Part shown: piece after piece, positions 12,320-24,715 of the stretch | How the letters are laid out: the number at the start of each line of letters is the position of its first letter | How positions within the stretch are numbered: position 1 is the first letter of the stretch | NCBI RefSeq assembly: GCF_030028105.1 | Contig: NC_092381.1 | Span: 64,258,505-64,322,504, forward strand | Reading direction: 5' to 3' | DNA length: 64,000 bases | DNA from: Mobula birostris | Lineage: Eukaryota | Program-made: the position numbers and the translations under genes | The notes under the pieces: generated by a model | What the model saw: only the letters and a program-made list of their open reading frames with translations | What the model was told of the DNA's origin: nothing | Databases searched by the model: none

Positions 12320-12595
12320 GGCACCATGGTAGCATACTGGTTAGCATGACACTATTACAGTTCGGGGAATTCTGGAGTTCAATTTTGGTGCCATTCTGTA
12401 CAGAGCCACTGTATGTCCTCCTTGTAGAATGTGTGGATTTTCCCCGAGTGCTCCGCTTTCCTCCCACAGTCTGAAGACGTACCAGGTAGGTTAATTGGTC
12501 ATTGTAAATTGTCCCATGATTAGGGTTAATCGGGGTTGTGGGGTTGCTGGGCCGGCATAGCTGGAAGAGCCTACTCCACACTGTATTGTAAATAT
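12320..12595 (+). mobile_element. tRNA-derived V-SINE (HE1-like)
   Basis: A-box/B-box-like head (TAGCATACTGG, GTTCAATT) and V-domain GTGTGGATTTTCCCCGAGTGCTCCGCTTTCCTCCCACAGTC. Confidence 0.8.
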
Positions 12596-13384
12596 TGAGT
12601 TTATTCCTATTTCACAGAGTGATTAAGATCTGGATCAAAAACTTGTGACTTAGCAGCATCAAGAAGGTTTCATTGTATTCAAGTCAATTATTCTAACAAC
12701 AAACCATGTCATGCACAGTACAATTTTGGTTAGTAACCTTCTGGTATTTAGGACATATCATGTCAAATTATGGAACTGAAGGCGGCTTTTGTGGTGCCTA
12801 GTAAACAAACAACACTCAAGAATTGTAGCACACTATCCAAATATTTCAAAACTCTGTGGGCATACTATGACAGAAACCTCAGATTATTAGAAATATAATT
12901 CTGAGTGGGAGCTTTAAAAGGCATCCTGGACTATGGGAGCAGAATTCAGCAGCATGTCCTTACTGGGATGCTGAGCCTAAAAACAGGAACTGTGTTAAAA
13001 TATTTCTATAAAATTATATACAGCATTTCACATAAAAAGAGGAAAGAAAAAAACTGGAAGATTACAAGAAATATTAAAAATAAAGTTTAAGAAAATAAAT
13101 TAATATTTTCAACAAGATGTACTTAAAATCTAAAGTGTGATGTTTTATACCTACATCGCAAATTTTAAGTGCCTGGGAGGTTTAGTAGAAATTATTCATC
13201 ATGCTGTAAATTTCACTTATACAGTAAGAGACATTCATTCATCTTTTCTGGCAAGTTTAATGGTTATATTTCTCAACTTCACATCTACAAGGTGTCTTAT
13301 GGCTGAGGCACAGATACCAAGCAGATCTGGCTGTGGCTACTCAACTTCATTGTTTAGCTCTTTACAGTTGGAGTTTTGAATTTG

Positions 13385-13690
13385 CTCCTCCCCTTTCCCT
13401 TTGTTCCATCGTCTTCTGTCCTTTCCTATTAGATTCCCCCTTCTCCAGAACCTTTATCTCTCTCAGTAATCAGCTTCCCAGCTCTTTACTTCACCCCCCG
13501 AGTTTCACCTATCTACCACCTTGTACTTCTTCCTCTCCCCCCCCCCCCACTTCTTTACACTGACTTCTCCCCTTTCTTTCCAGTCCTGTTGAAGGGTCTT
13601 GGCCAGAAACTTCATCTGTTTACTCTTTTCCATCAATCCTACCTGACCCGTTGAGTTCCTCCAGCATTTTGTTTGTGTTGGGATTTGCTG
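13385..13690 (+). mobile_element. Penelope-derived element, right arm with decayed hammerhead
   Basis: CT-rich body then CAGTCCTGTTGAAGGGTCTTGGCCAGAAAC (core CTGA->CTGT) and GAGTTCCTCCAGCATTTTG. Confidence 0.75.
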
Positions 13691-13789
13691 TCTGATTTCC
13701 TCCACAAGTAAGAGTACATAGTTAAGAAATCATACCTAAGTTTCCAATCCTAAACTCTGGAGGCAAGCAGCAGAAAATTGCAGGTTATT

Positions 13790-14680
13790 TTCTACTGATT
13801 CCCACAAATGGGGAAGTGACAAATGTAATCTGACTACTTAAAAGAAAGGGAAAAACAGAGAATTATAGACCAGTTTGCTTACCATTGGAAGTGGGAAATA
13901 GTGTAGTCCATTATAAATATACACTAGCAGGACACTTGAAAGCATTAACAGGATTGGATAAATCCAGGGTGGGTAGAAGAAAGAAAAATTATATTTTACA
14001 AAACTATTGGAAGACGCAATAGTTGAATTGACAAGGGAGAATCAGTGAATGTGAAAGTAAACATTCAGGTTCAGAAAGCAGTTAAGAAAGGTCTTGGCTT
14101 TCGTTGCAAGAGGATTGAGTATAGGAGCAAGAATGCCTTGATGCAACTGTGCATGGCATTGATGAGACCCTAAGTAGAATTATATATGCTGTTTTGGTCT
14201 TGTTATCTGAGGAAAGCAGATCAACAGCAATTTATTAGACTGATTCCTGGGAACGTAAGGAACTGCATACAAGCAGAGATTATTTCGATTTGGCCTATAC
14301 TCACTGGAGTAGAGACAGATGGGCGGGGCTCTCACTGAATTCTACTAAGTTTTAACAGAACAAGAAAGAACAGATGAAGGGAGAATGTTTCAGATGGCTA
14401 GGTGTTCAGAACCAGGAGTCATAGCCTCTAGGTATGGAGTATGCTATTTAGAAGCAAAATTATGAGACATTTTTTCATTCTGAAGTTGGTGAACTGGTGG
14501 AATTCTCTTCTGCAGAAAGCAGTAAAAGCTGTCATAAAATACACTCATAAAGGGAGGTAGGTATAAAATAAATCAAGGGATATGCTAAATAAGAGAAAAC
14601 GGGACTAAAATGAATATTCCGCCATGATAAATGGACAGGCCCCAATGGCCTACTCCTGCTCCTATTTCCTATTATCTTTG
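13790..14680 (+). mobile_element. CR1 LINE fragments (RT and 3' end)
   Basis: NYRPV.LT-like and 3' GGCCTACTCCTGCTCCTAT motifs; many indels. Confidence 0.75.
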
Positions 14681-14720
14681 CTTCTATCATTTATCTTACT
14701 CAAATAGAATTCACTTAAAA

Positions 14721-14799
14721 CAGGGGTCCTAACCTTTTTTATGCCATGGAGCAATACCATTAAGCAAGAAGTCAATGGACCCCAGGTTGGGAACACTTG
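14721..14799. mobile_element. ~80-bp hAT MITE
   Basis: CAGGGGTCCTAACC...GGTTGGGAACACTTG inverted ends; sister copy at 51360-51438. Confidence 0.7.
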
Positions 14800-14888
14800 A
14801 TATAAAGAGAATCTGATGGATAAAGGGAGAAGTTAATGTTTGAAAGAATGGCAGGTGAACTGCAGGTTTGAACAGAGCCATCTTCTGT

Positions 14889-16525
14889 AAGGGATTCTTG
14901 TATACTTTAATATACAAGGGATTAATCTGCAAGGGATTCTTGTATACTTTAATACAGCGGTCCCCAACCACCGGGCCGCGAAGCATGAGCTACCAGGCTG
15001 CGAGGAAACGATATGATTTGGCAATATGAGTCAGCTGCACCTTTCCTCATTCCCTGTCGTGCCATTACGCATGCGAGGTCATTACCAGCGCGTCATCCGT
15101 GTCAGCGTGGGAAGGAGATCAACTCCTTAAGCTTGCAAATGATGGCGGGCTGAAAGGTATGTTTGACATAACATCTCTGCCGGTATTCTGGATCAAACTC
15201 AAGGCTAAATATCCTGAGATAGCCACGAAAGCACTGAAAACGTTGCTTCCATTTCCAACATTTTTCTGCAAGGCGGAGTTTTCTGCAATGAATGCAACGA
15301 AAACTAAATTGCGGAATAGAATGGACATAAGGAACCCCATTCGAGTATCGCTGTCTCCCATCACCCCTCGATAGGACCATCTCGTTGCAGGGAAACAAGC
15401 CCAGGGCTCCCACTGATTCAGCGATATTGGTGTGTTGCAATGATTTCATATGTTCATACGAGGAAAATATGTGCTGTGTGTTTAATATCCAAACAATACT
15501 TAAAATGTTATGATGCTATTGACTTACTTTATAACCATATAACAATTACAGCACGGAAACAGACCATCTCGGCCCTTCTGGTCTGTGCTGAATGCTACTC
15601 TCACCTACTCGGCCCATAACCCTCCATTCCTTTCCTGTCTATATACCTATCCAATTTTTCTTTAAATGATAATATCGAACCTGCCTCTACCACTTCTACT
15701 GGAAGTTCGTTCAACACTTACTTCAAGCTCCCCTGATAAGTGACTTATCACTATATTCATGCGAGGAAAATGTGTGCTGTGTTTAATATTAAATTTGTTA
15801 GATAAACCCTTTTAGAAACAAAATTGAGTATATTAGCCACTTATCGCCTATATTCCAGTCGTGATTAACACCCCCTTCCGAACAGAATCCCCAAGAATGA
15901 TTTGAAGAAGAAGAAGAAAAAAAAAAAATCAGCAGGTACATGCATGCGCAGGTCACGCATGTGCACTGACGCCCGCACAAGGCTTCATGGTCATTGTAGT
16001 CTTCCTCTGGGTAAACAACGTATTTGACTGCTACTCTTGTCCATTGGCAATCCTACCCCCCGCCCCGCCCCGGGTCAGCCGGTCTGCAAGGATATTGTCA
16101 ATATTAAACCAGTCCACAGTGCAAAAAAAGTTGGGGACCCCTGCTTTAATATGCAAGGGATTAACCTGCAAGGGATTCTTGTATACTTTAATATACAAGG
16201 GATTAATCTGCAAGGGATTCTTGTATACTTTAATATACAAGGGATTAATCTGCAAGGGATTCTTGTATACTTTAATCTACAAGGGATTAATTACAAGGGA
16301 TTCTTGTATACTTTAATCTACATGGGATTCTTGTATACTTTAATATACAAAGGGATTAATCTGCAAGGGATTCTTGTATACTTTAATCTACAAGGGATTA
16401 ATTACAAGGGATTCTTGTATACCTTAATCTACATGGGATTCTTGTATACTTTAATATACAAGGGATTAATCTGCAAGGGATTCTTGTATACTTTAATATA
16501 CAAAGGATTCTTTGTATACTTTAAT
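14889..16525 (+). repeat. 42-bp minisatellite (AAGGGATTAATCTGC + AAGGGATTCTTGTATACTTTAATATAC) split by a hAT insertion
   Basis: Units at 14889-14954 and an array at 16144-16525. Confidence 0.95.
14955..16143 (+). mobile_element. Non-autonomous hAT (Charlie/Buster/SPIN-like) element with transposase C-terminal remnant
   Basis: TIRs CAGCGGTCCCCAAC / GTTGGGGACCCCTG; 8-bp TSD CTTTAATA (14947-14954, 16144-16151); hATC dimerisation remnant FWIKLKAKYPEIATKALKTLLPFPT...KQAQGSH. Confidence 0.92.
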
Positions 16526-17270
16526 AGATTTATAGAATTATGCAGCACTGAAATAGGCCCTTTGACCCAATCTGTCCATGCCAACTAAGTTGCCTACCTG
16601 AGCTAGTCCAACTCTCCTAGTCTGGCCCATGTCCTTCTAAACATTTCCTATCCATGCATCTGTCTAAATGTCTTTTAAATGTTGTAATTATGCCCATCTC
16701 TACCATCTCTTCTGGCAGCACATTTCATATGCTCAAGTCCCCTTTTAGTCTTTCTCCTTTCATCTTCAACCTATGTCATCTAGCTTTATACTCCCTTACC
16801 TTAGGAAAACTGATCATCCACTTATCCATGCCCCTCATGATTTTTTATACCTTTATAAGGTCAACCTTTAGCTCCCTCTGCCTCCAGGGGAAAAAATTGT
16901 CTCAGTCTATCCAGTCTCTCCTTGTAATTCAAGCACTCCAGTTCTGGTGCTATTCTTTACTGCACTCTATGCACTTCAATGACATCAATCATAGCATCGT
17001 AGCTAGGTGACCATAACTGCACACAATACTCCAAGTCTCACCAATGTCCTATATGGCTATAACATGATATCCAAGCTCTTCAAACACAATATCTTAACTG
17101 ATGAAGGCAACTGTGGAAAGGTCTCTACATCACCATGTCTACCTGTGTTGTCATATTCAAGTAACTATGTACTTGCACCCTTTCGTCTCCCTTTTCGACA
17201 ATACTCTCTAAGGCTCTGACATTTAACTCTGTATATCTTGCCCTGGTTTAACTTCCCAAAATGCAAGCTG
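16525..17270 (-). mobile_element. CR1 LINE 3' fragment
   Basis: Typical CR1 tail (CAGCACTGAAATAGGCCCTTTGACCC read on +) and decayed ORF2 end. Confidence 0.75.
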
Positions 17271-17444
17271 GTTGCTAACAATAACCAATATTGATTAATA
17301 AAGTCCCTTCCATAATCTTGCAAAGTGTTCCTACCAGGCTTTCCCTAGAGCACCCAGATTCACTCTTAAATGGCAATACAAGTAATCTATGCTTCAAAGA
17401 TAGGAAGTTGTCTCAGGTTTGTTTTAAAACTTACTTGTCACCAC

Positions 17445-17672
17445 TGTTATGTTTTGAAACTCCAAGACACAAAACTAATTGAAAGAAAAACACCTCATGT
17501 ATGCTTTGTTTTTGCTTTAGTGAGGCACGCACTTATGTCATAGTGGCATAATGACGTATGGCATTCATGCACTTTTACATATAACCTGTAATGAATTATG
17601 TAAACAAAGAATGCTTAATCAAATATATTTACAATGTTACTCAAATATTACTGAAGCATTAAATATACAACA
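17445..17672 (-). mobile_element. Solo LTR related to the Gypsy LTR at 55741
   Basis: TG...CA ends; reverse complement TGTTGTATATTTAATGCTTCAGTAATATTTGAGTAACATTGTAAAT matches 55741 TGTTGTATATTTAATATTTCAGTGGGATTTGAGTAATATTGTAAAT. Confidence 0.75.
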
Positions 17673-17849
17673 CATATCATCAAGACCAATCCCAATCCTG
17701 ACACAAAAAGACTTCACTGGATGCTTGTATTCTAGAAGAAATCAGCAAACCATAACCTGGAGACTAGCAGACTTTGACGATGGGGTACGATGGGTATTGA
17801 TACTTGGGTCCAGCTATTTAAGAACTGTAGTTACTGTAGCTGAGTGGAC

Positions 17850-18730
17850 CAAAAGCTATATTTGCCATTATTCTGACGATATAATACTAGGTGGGATTAT
17901 GAACAGTGACTAGGATGTGAAAGGGCTTCAATGCCCTACAAACTAGCTAAATGACTGGACAAGAAGATACCAAGTAGAAAAACAGAAAACTGTAGGGTTA
18001 CCCACTCAGATACACAGGAGAACAGCAGAGTATTATTTAAACAGCATTAGACTGAGAACATTGATGTTCAAATGGACCTGGGTGCCTTTGTACTTGAGCC
18101 ACTGAAAGCCAATATGCAGGTGCTGCAAGCAAGTAGAAAGGCATGTTGACATATACTGTGTGGGAATTTGACTACAGATTTCAAGCAAATTTGTTAAAAT
18201 TATATAGGGCCTTGGTGAAATTGCACCGAATGTATATTGTACAGTTTATAGCTCCGTACCTAAAAACAGAGGAATATTTGCCATTGAGAGAGTGCAGTGA
18301 AGTTTCACTGAAAAGATTCATGGAGTGGCCTTATGAGGAAAGAATTAGCATATTAGGCATGTATTATCTCATTTTCTTCAGAAGAATGAGAAATGATCTC
18401 ATTAAAAATAATATTTTAGAAGACTCAATGTCGGATATGGCGAGGATATTTCCTGAGCTAAGCGATCAATAACCAGGGATAAACCATGTAGGACTGACAG
18501 GAAAAGAAGCTTCTTCACTCATTTGGTGGTCAATCTTCGAATTCTCTGCCCTAGAGGGCTCTGGAATGATTAGTCTTTGAGTTCCTTCAGAATGGAGATC
18601 AATAGATTTTTGGATATTAACAAAATCAAATGTTATGAAGAAAAATAGCACTGAAGTAAGACAAATTAGTCATTTTCTTTATGAATGGCAGAGAAGGCTC
18701 AGGGGGCTGAATGGTTTACACCTGCTCCCA
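17850..18730 (+). mobile_element. Old CR1 LINE fragment
   Basis: LLKLYRALV..H..Y.VQF..PYLK and RRMRNDLI motifs, CR1-type 3' end. Confidence 0.7.
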
Positions 18731-19579
18731 GTTCTTTTTAAACTCCGGTTACTTTTACTCTTCTCATTTTAGTGAAGTTAAAAATTCCCCCCAAAGTCAA
18801 ATCACCTAACCCAGCATGGACCAGAAGTGAACATAGGCTTTCTTGGTCATTACAATTAAATTACTGCATTGTTCTGCTACCCATCGGGGAAATCAAGAGT
18901 AAAGCATTTAAAGAATCAACCTGAAAGCTGCAGTGTATGTGGTATATTATGCAGAGTAAAGTACTACTGGAAAGATGTAAAAATTTGTAGTTTAAACTTT
19001 GTGCCCAGAAGAGATTAGTAAACCATTTGGGATTTGTTCTTATGGTTTAAAACAACATCAGAATGCTGCTTTCAATTAATTACAACTAGAAACAGCAAAT
19101 TAAAAAGTCTTAAATCCTGCAGATTGTTAGTAATGGAATCATGGCTACAAATAAAGCCGGACTCAAACCTGATATGAATTAAGGAGGAGTGAACTGGAGC
19201 AGTTCATGATGGGTGAACGGTTGAGTGAGTGAAATGGTCATGCAATGAGGTAACTGGTGCAGAGCGACATTTTTTAAATTTTTCATAGGAAGCAAGTGAC
19301 CCCTGCAAATCTACATTTAATGCCAAACCCCTACCCTAAGCAGATGGTGGTCCTTCCTAAACTGCTGCAGCTCTTGTGGTGATGGCACTCCCTCAATGGA
19401 ATGGTAATGAGAACAAATATGGTCACCATTTCAATCTCACACTTCCTCAAACAGCCATGCAGAATGAATGTGTTGCAGCTTATTGTGGGACTAATGAAGT
19501 CTAGTTTAAAATCAATTTCTTTCAGCAGAGAATGAAACATTGACTGGAAATTGTAATGTCTCCACAAACGCTCATAGAG

Positions 19580-19855
19580 CTATAGAATCATAGGCTTGTA
19601 CAGCACAGAAGCAGGCCTTTGGACCATCAAATACCTACCAATATTCAGTCCTTTCTTCTGCTCATCTAGTTACTCATTAAACTTCAGAGTATACTAATAT
19701 GGCAGTACATTCCATATTGCAGCCATCCTATTAGTGAAAAACTTTTTTCAGATCCCTTCTGAACCTCTTACTCCTTGCACTAAACTTCTGCCCTCTAGCT
19801 GTTACAGGGAAAAAAGTTTTCAACTACCTACCTTATATAATCCCCTAATTTTGTA
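19580..19855 (-). mobile_element. CR1 3' fragment
   Basis: TACAGCACAGAAGCAGGCCTTTGGACC tail motif. Confidence 0.55.
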
Positions 19856-19859
19856 CTTC

Positions 19860-20334
19860 GGGGTGTTTGTGGTCTTTTGTTGCTGTAGTCCATAAACTTC
19901 AAGGTTCAACATGTCGTGCCTTCAGAGATGCTCTTCTATACACCACTTTTGTAATGCATGTTTATCTGAGTTACTGTCACATTCCTGGCAACTTGGACCA
20001 GTCTGGCCATTCTCCTCTGACCTCCTGCATTAACAAGGTGTTCTAACCCACAGAACTGCCACTCTCTGGCTGTTTTATTTTGTTCTTTCGTATGATTCTC
20101 TGTAAACTCTAGAAAATGTTGTGTGTGGAAATCCCAGATCAGTAGTTTCTAAAATACTCAAACCGCCCTGTCTGACACCAACAATCATTCCCATTCTCAC
20201 ATCTGATCCGAACATCAACTGAACCTCTTGACCCCATCTGCATGCATTTCTGCATTGAGTTGCTGCTACATGATTGGCTGATTAGATATCTGCATTAAAG
20301 AGCAGGTGCACCTAATAAAGTGGCCACTGAGTGT
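19860..20334 (-). mobile_element. Tc1-family non-autonomous fragment
   Basis: Ends GGTGCACCTAATAAAGTGGCCACTGAGTGTA, the reverse complement of the 10951 terminus. Confidence 0.8.
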
Positions 20335-21208
20335 ATGACTAGAGCTCTTTCTGATAACGAGGTGCTGCTGATTATTTTGATGATTTCCAATTGAGCATAG
20401 ACATTGGAAAAGTCCTATCTTGTGAATATCTTTGATTCTGTTGATTCTCTTCAAAATTCTTCAGTGGATGGAGGATATCAGCTATGACTTGACTTAGTAA
20501 TTGCATAGGATCTCGCCAATTGGCCCACATAAACACTATTGGCATGTGACATTCTATCTAAATGATTTTTTAAAAAGCACTTTACTTTCTTCCAGATGTC
20601 AAATTGAAGTGTGGCAAAAGCCTTTCAGAATATGTGTTGTCTCTCAACAAATATTAGTTCCACCACTGTGGCCAAGCTTCCTCTCACAGGATCTCTCCAC
20701 TTTGTGAAACTGACACAATTGCTACCATGGCAGGAAATGGGGAAACCACAGAGCCACAAGACCAATTATGGACATCTGCATAAGCTGAACAACAGGCAAG
20801 GGCCAGTTTTATCCAAAATCTCTTTCACCTACTCTTACACTTGGCTGGTCGCACAGCGAATTTCAATGACTCAAGAATGCTTCTATACCTGTTTTATCCA
20901 TTCATCCACTATTCTTCCAAAAACAGCACTGACTTATTAAGATTATGCTTGAATTTTCTTGCAGCAGATGAAATCTGCAGGGTAGCCTCATATCTCCTTC
21001 AACCCAGGGAAAAGGGACATTGTCAGACCCAAAGTTTAATGACCGTGAGAGTATACAGGGCCTTTGCGTTTAAAGGCTCTGCAAGAGAAAGAGACCCTTT
21101 GGCTTTAAAGGCAAAGCAGAAGACATGGCTCCATTAGCATGTACCTGGACATTCGCCTTCATTCCTCATCTTTTATTCTCTGAAGGACTGAAGCATTAGC
21201 TCATTCTA

Positions 21209-21480
21209 GTGCCCTTCCTCCTTCCCTTTCTCCTATGGTCCACTATCCTCTCCTGTCAGATTCCTTCTTCTTTAACCCTTGAGCTCTTCCACCCATCACT
21301 TCCTAGTTGCTTACTTCATTGCCCTCCCCCACTGACCCATCTTTCTATTCACCCAGTCTCACTTGTCACCTGCCAGCTTGTACTCATTCCACTCCCCACC
21401 TTCTTATTCTGGATTCTTCCCCCTTCCTTTCCAGTTTTGATGAAGGATGTCGCCCCAAAACATTAACTGCTTTTTCCTTT
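21209..21480 (+). mobile_element. Penelope-derived element, decayed
   Basis: CT-rich body plus CAGTTTTGATGAAGGATGTCGCCCCAAAACATTAACTG (degenerate hammerhead arm). Confidence 0.7.
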
Positions 21481-21589
21481 CTTAATTGCTAGATTGTTGA
21501 TAGATACTGAAACATGCTCCAGCCAAGATTCTTTAAGCTCAATGGAAGGATGAGTAAATCTCCTTGGCCAGCACCCTCAGGACTGAGGC

Positions 21590-22030
21590 ATGGTTTACAC
21601 TTAGTTGTCTACTTTGGGCAGACCACACTGAACAGATGCTTGACACCAGACTCCCAAACCAGACCCACTCCTCTGAGCTGTCAGGTTCCAGGTGGAAGGT
21701 GGAAAGGATTCAAGGACACATTCAATGCTCCCTCAGAGAAATTCACAATCGTCATTGGCTCCCATGGCTGCTCATGGTAGAGATCGCATTCTCAGGTTGG
21801 TATTGAGAATTTCAAGTCCATGTATCAGGAACATATTGAGGCCTGCGTCAGTGGCCAAAAAAGAGCACAACATCTTTCACAAAGACTACCTGATCCATCT
21901 GTTCAGGTAACTCCTGCCCCATCTGTAGAAGAGTCTATGGGTTCTCACAATGATGTCATTAGCCAAGCCAGAACACCCACACAATAGTGAAACAAATCAT
22001 CTTTGATCCTGTGGGACTGCAAAGAAGTTG
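21590..22030 (+). mobile_element. Old RTE-clade LINE 3' fragment
   Basis: W.DH..QM.DTRLPNQ and GG.WKGFKD motifs across frames. Confidence 0.55.
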
Positions 22031-23059
22031 TTACTGAAAAGTGTGACGTAAATATTCACTGACTTAGATGACAAATGGGAAACGAATACATTTTTTTGCA
22101 AGTTGTCCCACATTTGGGACAGCACTCGTGGCATAACTTTGTACAGTATGTTATCTTCTCAATTCCATGACTATGTTTCTAAGCCATTATAGTTATACTC
22201 CATGACACTGAAAATAATTCCCTCAGGATAATTTTTAAATCTGCATCCCCACTTCTCAATGTGATCTTCCATGGCCTCCAGTAATCTCACAAGACTTTTC
22301 ATGACCCACATCAGGCACCAAGCACCTCCTTTAATAGATACTGAAACGGCTTAAATCAGTTCTTCAAATGATGCCACATACTCACACAGCCATTACCCCT
22401 AAACATACACCAGACCTCCAACAATGTGGTTGTTATTCACTAGACTGTAAAGACCTCATAATGAGGTTAGAGGAAGAACTGTGCATGCGTCATTCAACAC
22501 GTCAAATGGGCAAGGTTTAGTCATCCATTACAATCAGGCACAAACTTTCCAGCATCTTGGATGTTTCCCTTTACCATAACAGTGGTTGAAGAACAAAAGA
22601 GAGCAATTGCAAGGTGTTTCTCAGTGTGTACTAACTTTGGTGGCATAAGCAACGTCATATAATCTTCAGGGTCAAAATATTTCACTGAACATAATACAGA
22701 ATAGAGAATCAGCTTTATTATCATTAATGTCGCATGTTGAGTGCACGGCTATTGTGACATCACACAGATGTTAGAGAGATATGAAGATTAACAATAATTC
22801 TGTACTGCATTTGGCAGCAATAATACAAGGGAATTATTTTAAATTCTAAAAGACAAGTTACACTCAGGAGACATATTTAGTTCCACCACTTCAATCAAAA
22901 CAATGAGAAACAGCACAATAATATTTTTCCAAAAACAGCCAGTGAGATGGGTTTATTATGCTGAATGTGTAGAGGATTAAATGTTGAAGCATGTTGGCAA
23001 ACTGAGTCAGCACAAGTTCAATTTTACAAAAAATAATCACTGTTTTCTGAGGACAGCAA

Positions 23060-23325
23060 TGACTAATTCTAAAGGTCATAATTTTAAGGTGATTGGAAGT
23101 AAGTATAGGAGGGTTGTGAGAGGTAGGTTAAAAGCGCTGGGTGCATGGAAATCGCTGCTGGGGTGGTGGTAGAGGCAGACAGTATACATTAGTCATTTAA
23201 GATACTCTTAGATAAGCAAATGGATAAGAGAGAAATGAAGGAAGGCTTAGAATGATCTTGGACTAGGTTAAAAGGCTGGCACAACACTATGGTCCAAAAG
23301 GCACACACTATTATGTTCTATTCCC
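23060..23325 (+). mobile_element. CR1 3' fragment
   Basis: KGHNFKVIGSKYR...GAWKSL motif. Confidence 0.7.
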
Positions 23326-23704
23326 TGTTTAGACCATTCCCTTCCTAAAGGGCTAACCTGACATTAGAGTTGGTGAAATAAATTGGACACTTATCACCTA
23401 TCTCCCAACCACTATCTAGCAAGTTGGCTAACTGTGAATCTGGATGCTGAGAAACATCAAGCTTTTTGACAGCGGAGAACTACTTATTCTAGGCCTCACT
23501 CGCTATCCCGAAATAAATATTTTCCAGCAAGTCATTGGATGGGACTTAGAAAATAGATTCCACCCTCAATATTTCAGTAGTCTTTAGATCCAAACGTAGA
23601 TCCAAACGTAGAACCTTACTACATTACAACTCAGATTTAGTTAACTCAAGTACAAACCAAGAATCACTTGCCTATGGGCATATGTAACTTTTGTAGAAAG
23701 AATA

Positions 23705-24715
23705 TCAAAACCAGAATCAGGTGTATTAACCCTTGCATATGTCAGTGAAATGTATTGTTTTGCAGCAGCAGTACAGTGCAGGATATAAAAATTACCTTTT
23801 TACAATAAATAAAGAGTGCAAGAGACAATTAACAAGGTAGTGTTCATGGACCGTTCAGGAATCTGTTGGCAGAGAACAAGTTCTTCTTAAAACATTGAAT
23901 GTGCGTTTTCAGGTTCCTGTACTTCCTTCCCTATGGTAGTAACATGATGAGAGAATGTCCTGGATAGTGAGAGCCTTTAATGATGGATGGTGCCTTCTTG
24001 AAAGTGTCTTCAAAAGGTGGGGAAGACTGTGCTCTGCAGTCTTTTGCGATGCTGTGCATGGGAGACTCCATACCAGGCTGTGATATAACCAGTCAAAGTG
24101 CTCTCCACTGTATGAATATGCAAGAGTTTTTGTTGACACCCCAAATCTCCCCAAATTCCTAATAGAGTCTTCATGAATACATTAATGTGTTGGGCCCAGG
24201 ATACAGTCGATCACCTGAGATGATGACACCCAGGAACTTGAAGCTTCTCACCCATTCCACTGCTGATCCCTCAATGAGGACTGGTGTGTGCTGCTCAGAT
24301 TTCACTCCCTTCAGTCTACAATCAATTCCTTGGTCTTGATTGCCAGGTTGCTGTTGCAATACCACTCAACCAATCAATCTATCTCACTAACGTACACCTC
24401 CTCATAACCTCATAAAATTCTGTCAACAAGAGTAGTACCATCAATGAACTGGTAGATGTTGCTTGAGCTGTGTCTAGCCACACAGGCGTAGAGCAACCAG
24501 CACAGTGCACATACTTCAGGTGTGCCTATGGCAATTGTCAGCAAGGAGATGTTACTACCGATCTGCACAGACTGTGGTCTCCCAATAAGGAAGTCAAGAA
24601 TGCAGTTGCTGGAGGTACAGAGACCCAGCTTTTGAAGCTTGTTGGTTAGCTGTGAGGGGATAATGGTGTTGAAAGCCGAGCTGTAATTGATAAAAAACAG
24701 CCTGACATATGTTTT
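23705..24715 (-). mobile_element. Rex1/Babar-like LINE fragment
   Basis: PVLIEGSAVEWVRSFKFLGVIIS motif; (AGAATC)-type tail at ~23710. Confidence 0.8.

Noticed and set aside
12320-12400. tRNA-like A/B boxes
   Set aside because: SINE head rather than a tRNA gene; no complete cloverleaf, and it is followed by a V-domain
14889-16525. CRISPR-like regular repeats
   Set aside because: Tandem units with no unique spacers, no cas genes, vertebrate context
16037-16588. 183-aa repetitive ORF and overlapping ORFs
   Set aside because: Artefact of the 42-bp (14-codon) minisatellite plus the hAT end
17429-17445. GTAAGT donor on the minus strand
   Set aside because: The upstream 'exon' would be solo-LTR sequence with no good acceptor
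20839-20888. Possible 50-nt minus-strand exon (YRSILESLKFAVRPAK)
   Set aside because: Purine-rich acceptor region and weak donor
23585-23612. 12-bp tandem duplication TAGATCCAAACG x2
   Set aside because: Ordinary local duplication with no associated structure
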